A stretch of 64,000 nt of DNA from Desulfosudis oleivorans (GTDB lineage Bacteria > Desulfobacterota > Desulfobacteria > Desulfobacterales > SURF-7): positions 39,822-103,821 of the forward strand of contig DYJD01000003.1 in NCBI GenBank assembly GCA_020723325.1, read 5' to 3'. Within the stretch, counting starts at the first letter, position 1; every line of letters starts with the position of its first letter. Shown piece after piece: positions 62,252-64,000 of this stretch. A program made the translations under genes and the position numbers. The notes below the pieces were generated by a model. The model was given only the letters and a program-made list of their open reading frames with translations. It did no database searches and was not told where the DNA came from.

Positions 62252-64000
62252 CCGGCCGTGTTTGACTCCGGCAGGCTCGAAGTCTGCAAAACAAACCGAT
62301 CGATCACCTGGAAAACCTGGTCCCGGCTGATGGGTTTGGTGATCCAGGCGTTCATGCCGGCTTCCACGGCTGCATGGGCCTCGGTCGACAGTGTCGGATC
62401 TGCCATGCCGACAATCGGGATCCGGCCGAAACCGTTTCCCCGTATGATTCTCGTGGCCGAATAGCCATCTGTAACCGGCATGTTCAGATCCATGAGGATC
62501 ATGTCGAATCCCTTGGGGTAATCCATGAGGGCCTCCAGTGCCTTGGAGCCGCTGTCGACGGTCTGGACCTGGTAGCCGCCTTTGCGTAATAGATCAGAGG
62601 CGGCTTTGCTTTGGGCCGGCGCCGCCGCCAACAGGATGCGCACGCCCTGTTTGCGCTCTTCCCGGATGGAATGGCGCGTGGTGATCTTGCTGCCCCTGGT
62701 TGTTTTCCCCCTGCTTGGGTTTGCCATGATACGCTCCAGCATTTGAAATACTTTTTCCTGCTGAATGGGTATTCCGACAAAGCCGTCAAAACCGGCTTCC
62801 AGGCACTTTCCGGCATCAATGGCCGCAGAAACGGCCACCATGGGCAGATCCGCGTAGGGTCCGGGGGTGTTGCGGATGGTTCTGCAAACCTCATAGCCGC
62901 TCATATCCGGCAGTTGAATATCGCAAAGGCAGATATCCGGGAAAAATTTGGTGCTTGGTCCGGCGGCAAGCATAGCCAGCGTTTCCCTTCCGCCGGCGGC
63001 AACACGGATTTCCATTCCGGCGGAACCCAGCATCAATTCCAGGATCTGACGGTTGGACGGAACGCTGTCGATGATCAGCACTTTGCGCTGGGCAAGGGAA
63101 ATCGCGGCAAGGCGGTTTGATGGGGCTTGCGCCACCTTGTCGAACCAGACGCTGAAAAAAAAGGTGCTGCCGACGCCCACACGGCTTTCCAGCCGGATAT
63201 CCCCTTGCATGAGGTCGGCGATCTGCTTGCAGATGGAAAGCCCCAAGCCGGTGCCGCCGAATTTGCGGGTCATGGACCCGTCCACCTGTTGAAAGGGCTC
63301 AAACACCTGGGCGAGTTTGTCCGCAGGAATGCCGATGCCGGTATCCCGGACACTGGCGAGCAGCCTGATCCTTTCCGGCGTTTCTTCCGCAACTTCCAAA
63401 GCCAATTCAATTTCGCCCTGCAAGGTGAATTTGGCGGCGTTGGACATGAGGTTGACAAGGACCCGGCGAAAGCGGCCGGGATCACCCAAAACTTTGGCCG
63501 GAACCTGGTCCGCCATGCGGCATTTGACGGCAACCGGCTTGGAAAGCAGTCGCGGTCGGCTGAGCTCGCAGACATCATAGATCAGAAGTTCAGGGTCGAA
63601 TTCAATGGATTCCAGTTTCATGCCCCGGGATTCGATTTTGGAGAAATCCAGGATGTCGTTCAGCAAGGTGAGCAGGGCCATGCCGCTGAGGTAAATGGTG
63701 TCCAGATAGTCTGTTTGAACAGAATCCAGATTGGTTTCCCGCAACAATTGGGTGAATCCGATCACGCCATTCATGGGTGTCCGGATTTCATGACTGATAT
63801 TGGCCAGAAAATGATTTTTCGCAATATTGGCTGTTTGGGCCTGATTGGCCATTTCCCGGGCTTTTTCAATGGCCTCTTCCAGTTCCTGATTGACCTTGAG
63901 CAGTTCCCGGTTGGCCTGTTCGGCGGCGATCTTGGCTTCCTCCAGGGCTTTGGCCGCGTGATCCCGTTCCCTGAAAAGCTCGTCCACATCTTTTTTGATC
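62248..64000 (-). CDS. Hybrid sensor histidine kinase with two receiver domains (N-terminus outside window)
   Basis: The frame is open to the window end. H-box SHEIRTPMNG, HATPase boxes (RDTGIGIP, GGTGLGLSIC) and two receivers (DIQLPDMSG, DLNMPVTDG). Confidence 0.88.
   Translation of the reverse strand, partial: IKKDVDELFRERDHAAKALEEAKIAAEQANRELLKVNQELEEAIEKAREMANQAQTANIAKNHFLANISHEIRTPMNGVIGFTQLLRETNLDSVQTDYLDTIYLSGMALLTLLNDILDFSKIESRGMKLESIEFDPELLIYDVCELSRPRLLSKPVAVKCRMADQVPAKVLGDPGRFRRVLVNLMSNAAKFTLQGEIELALEVAEETPERIRLLASVRDTGIGIPADKLAQVFEPFQQVDGSMTRKFGGTGLGLSICKQIADLMQGDIRLESRVGVGSTFFFSVWFDKVAQAPSNRLAAISLAQRKVLIIDSVPSNRQILELMLGSAGMEIRVAAGGRETLAMLAAGPSTKFFPDICLCDIQLPDMSGYEVCRTIRNTPGPYADLPMVAVSAAIDAGKCLEAGFDGFVGIPIQQEKVFQMLERIMANPSRGKTTRGSKITTRHSIREERKQGVRILLAAAPAQSKAASDLLRKGGYQVQTVDSGSKALEALMDYPKGFDMILMDLNMPVTDGYSATRIIRGNGFGRIPIVGMADPTLSTEAHAAVEAGMNAWITKPISRDQVFQVIDRFVLQTSSLPESNTAG

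Overview
The window reads as a chromosomal segment from a sulfate-reducer-type deltaproteobacterium (Desulfobacterota). That assignment is an inference from the tetrahaem cytochrome c3 / NarI-like cytochrome b / HdrD-like redox module, the overall gene content and the style of the repeats.

Core backbone, in order:
- parA (5' partial) and parB, a NYN/YacP-like gene, a DUF3842-like gene, one ORF fusing ispH to a UbiA-family membrane prenyltransferase, plsY and an Smr gene.
- A c-di-GMP neighbourhood: a zinc-ribbon / MshEN-like-repeat / DUF342 protein, a REC-GGDEF-HD-GYP enzyme and a cNMP-binding protein.
- A TetR-linked ADH / SCP2-like / ThDP-enzyme cluster, then uvdE.
- Two paired phytoene-desaturase-family flavoproteins with a small partner ORF.
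- hisD, a CoADR-rhodanese enzyme, coaBC and a family-4 UDG.
- xerC-hslVU-argBDFGH, folK, a transaldolase-like gene, pgsA, tRNA-Gly(GCC) and tRNA-Cys(GCA).
- An ATP-grasp gene, a Tmc-like redox module, a giant HAF-repeat protein, a J-domain protein, gltX and a hybrid histidine kinase (partial).

Accessory content: a visibly AT-rich island at about 18.43-22.86 kb replaces the 3' half of an OmpR-type response-regulator gene. It carries orphan ORFs (an HExxH protein, a zeta-toxin-like P-loop kinase, a HigA-like antitoxin and toxin-antitoxin debris) and a ~113-bp structured repeat in front of consecutive ORFs. It is followed by a secreted lipase gene and two tandem PilZ genes.

The most striking sequence-level signal is the density and modularity of intergenic hairpin repeats. 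At least six families are built from inverted blocks of tandem 6-8-mers. One family is a five-copy ~200-bp AT-rich long-hairpin element, and it shares its terminal inverted repeat with an unrelated 80-bp element.

I recognised no rRNA, CRISPR array, integrase or transposase. Functional calls rest on motifs read by eye; no database search was possible.
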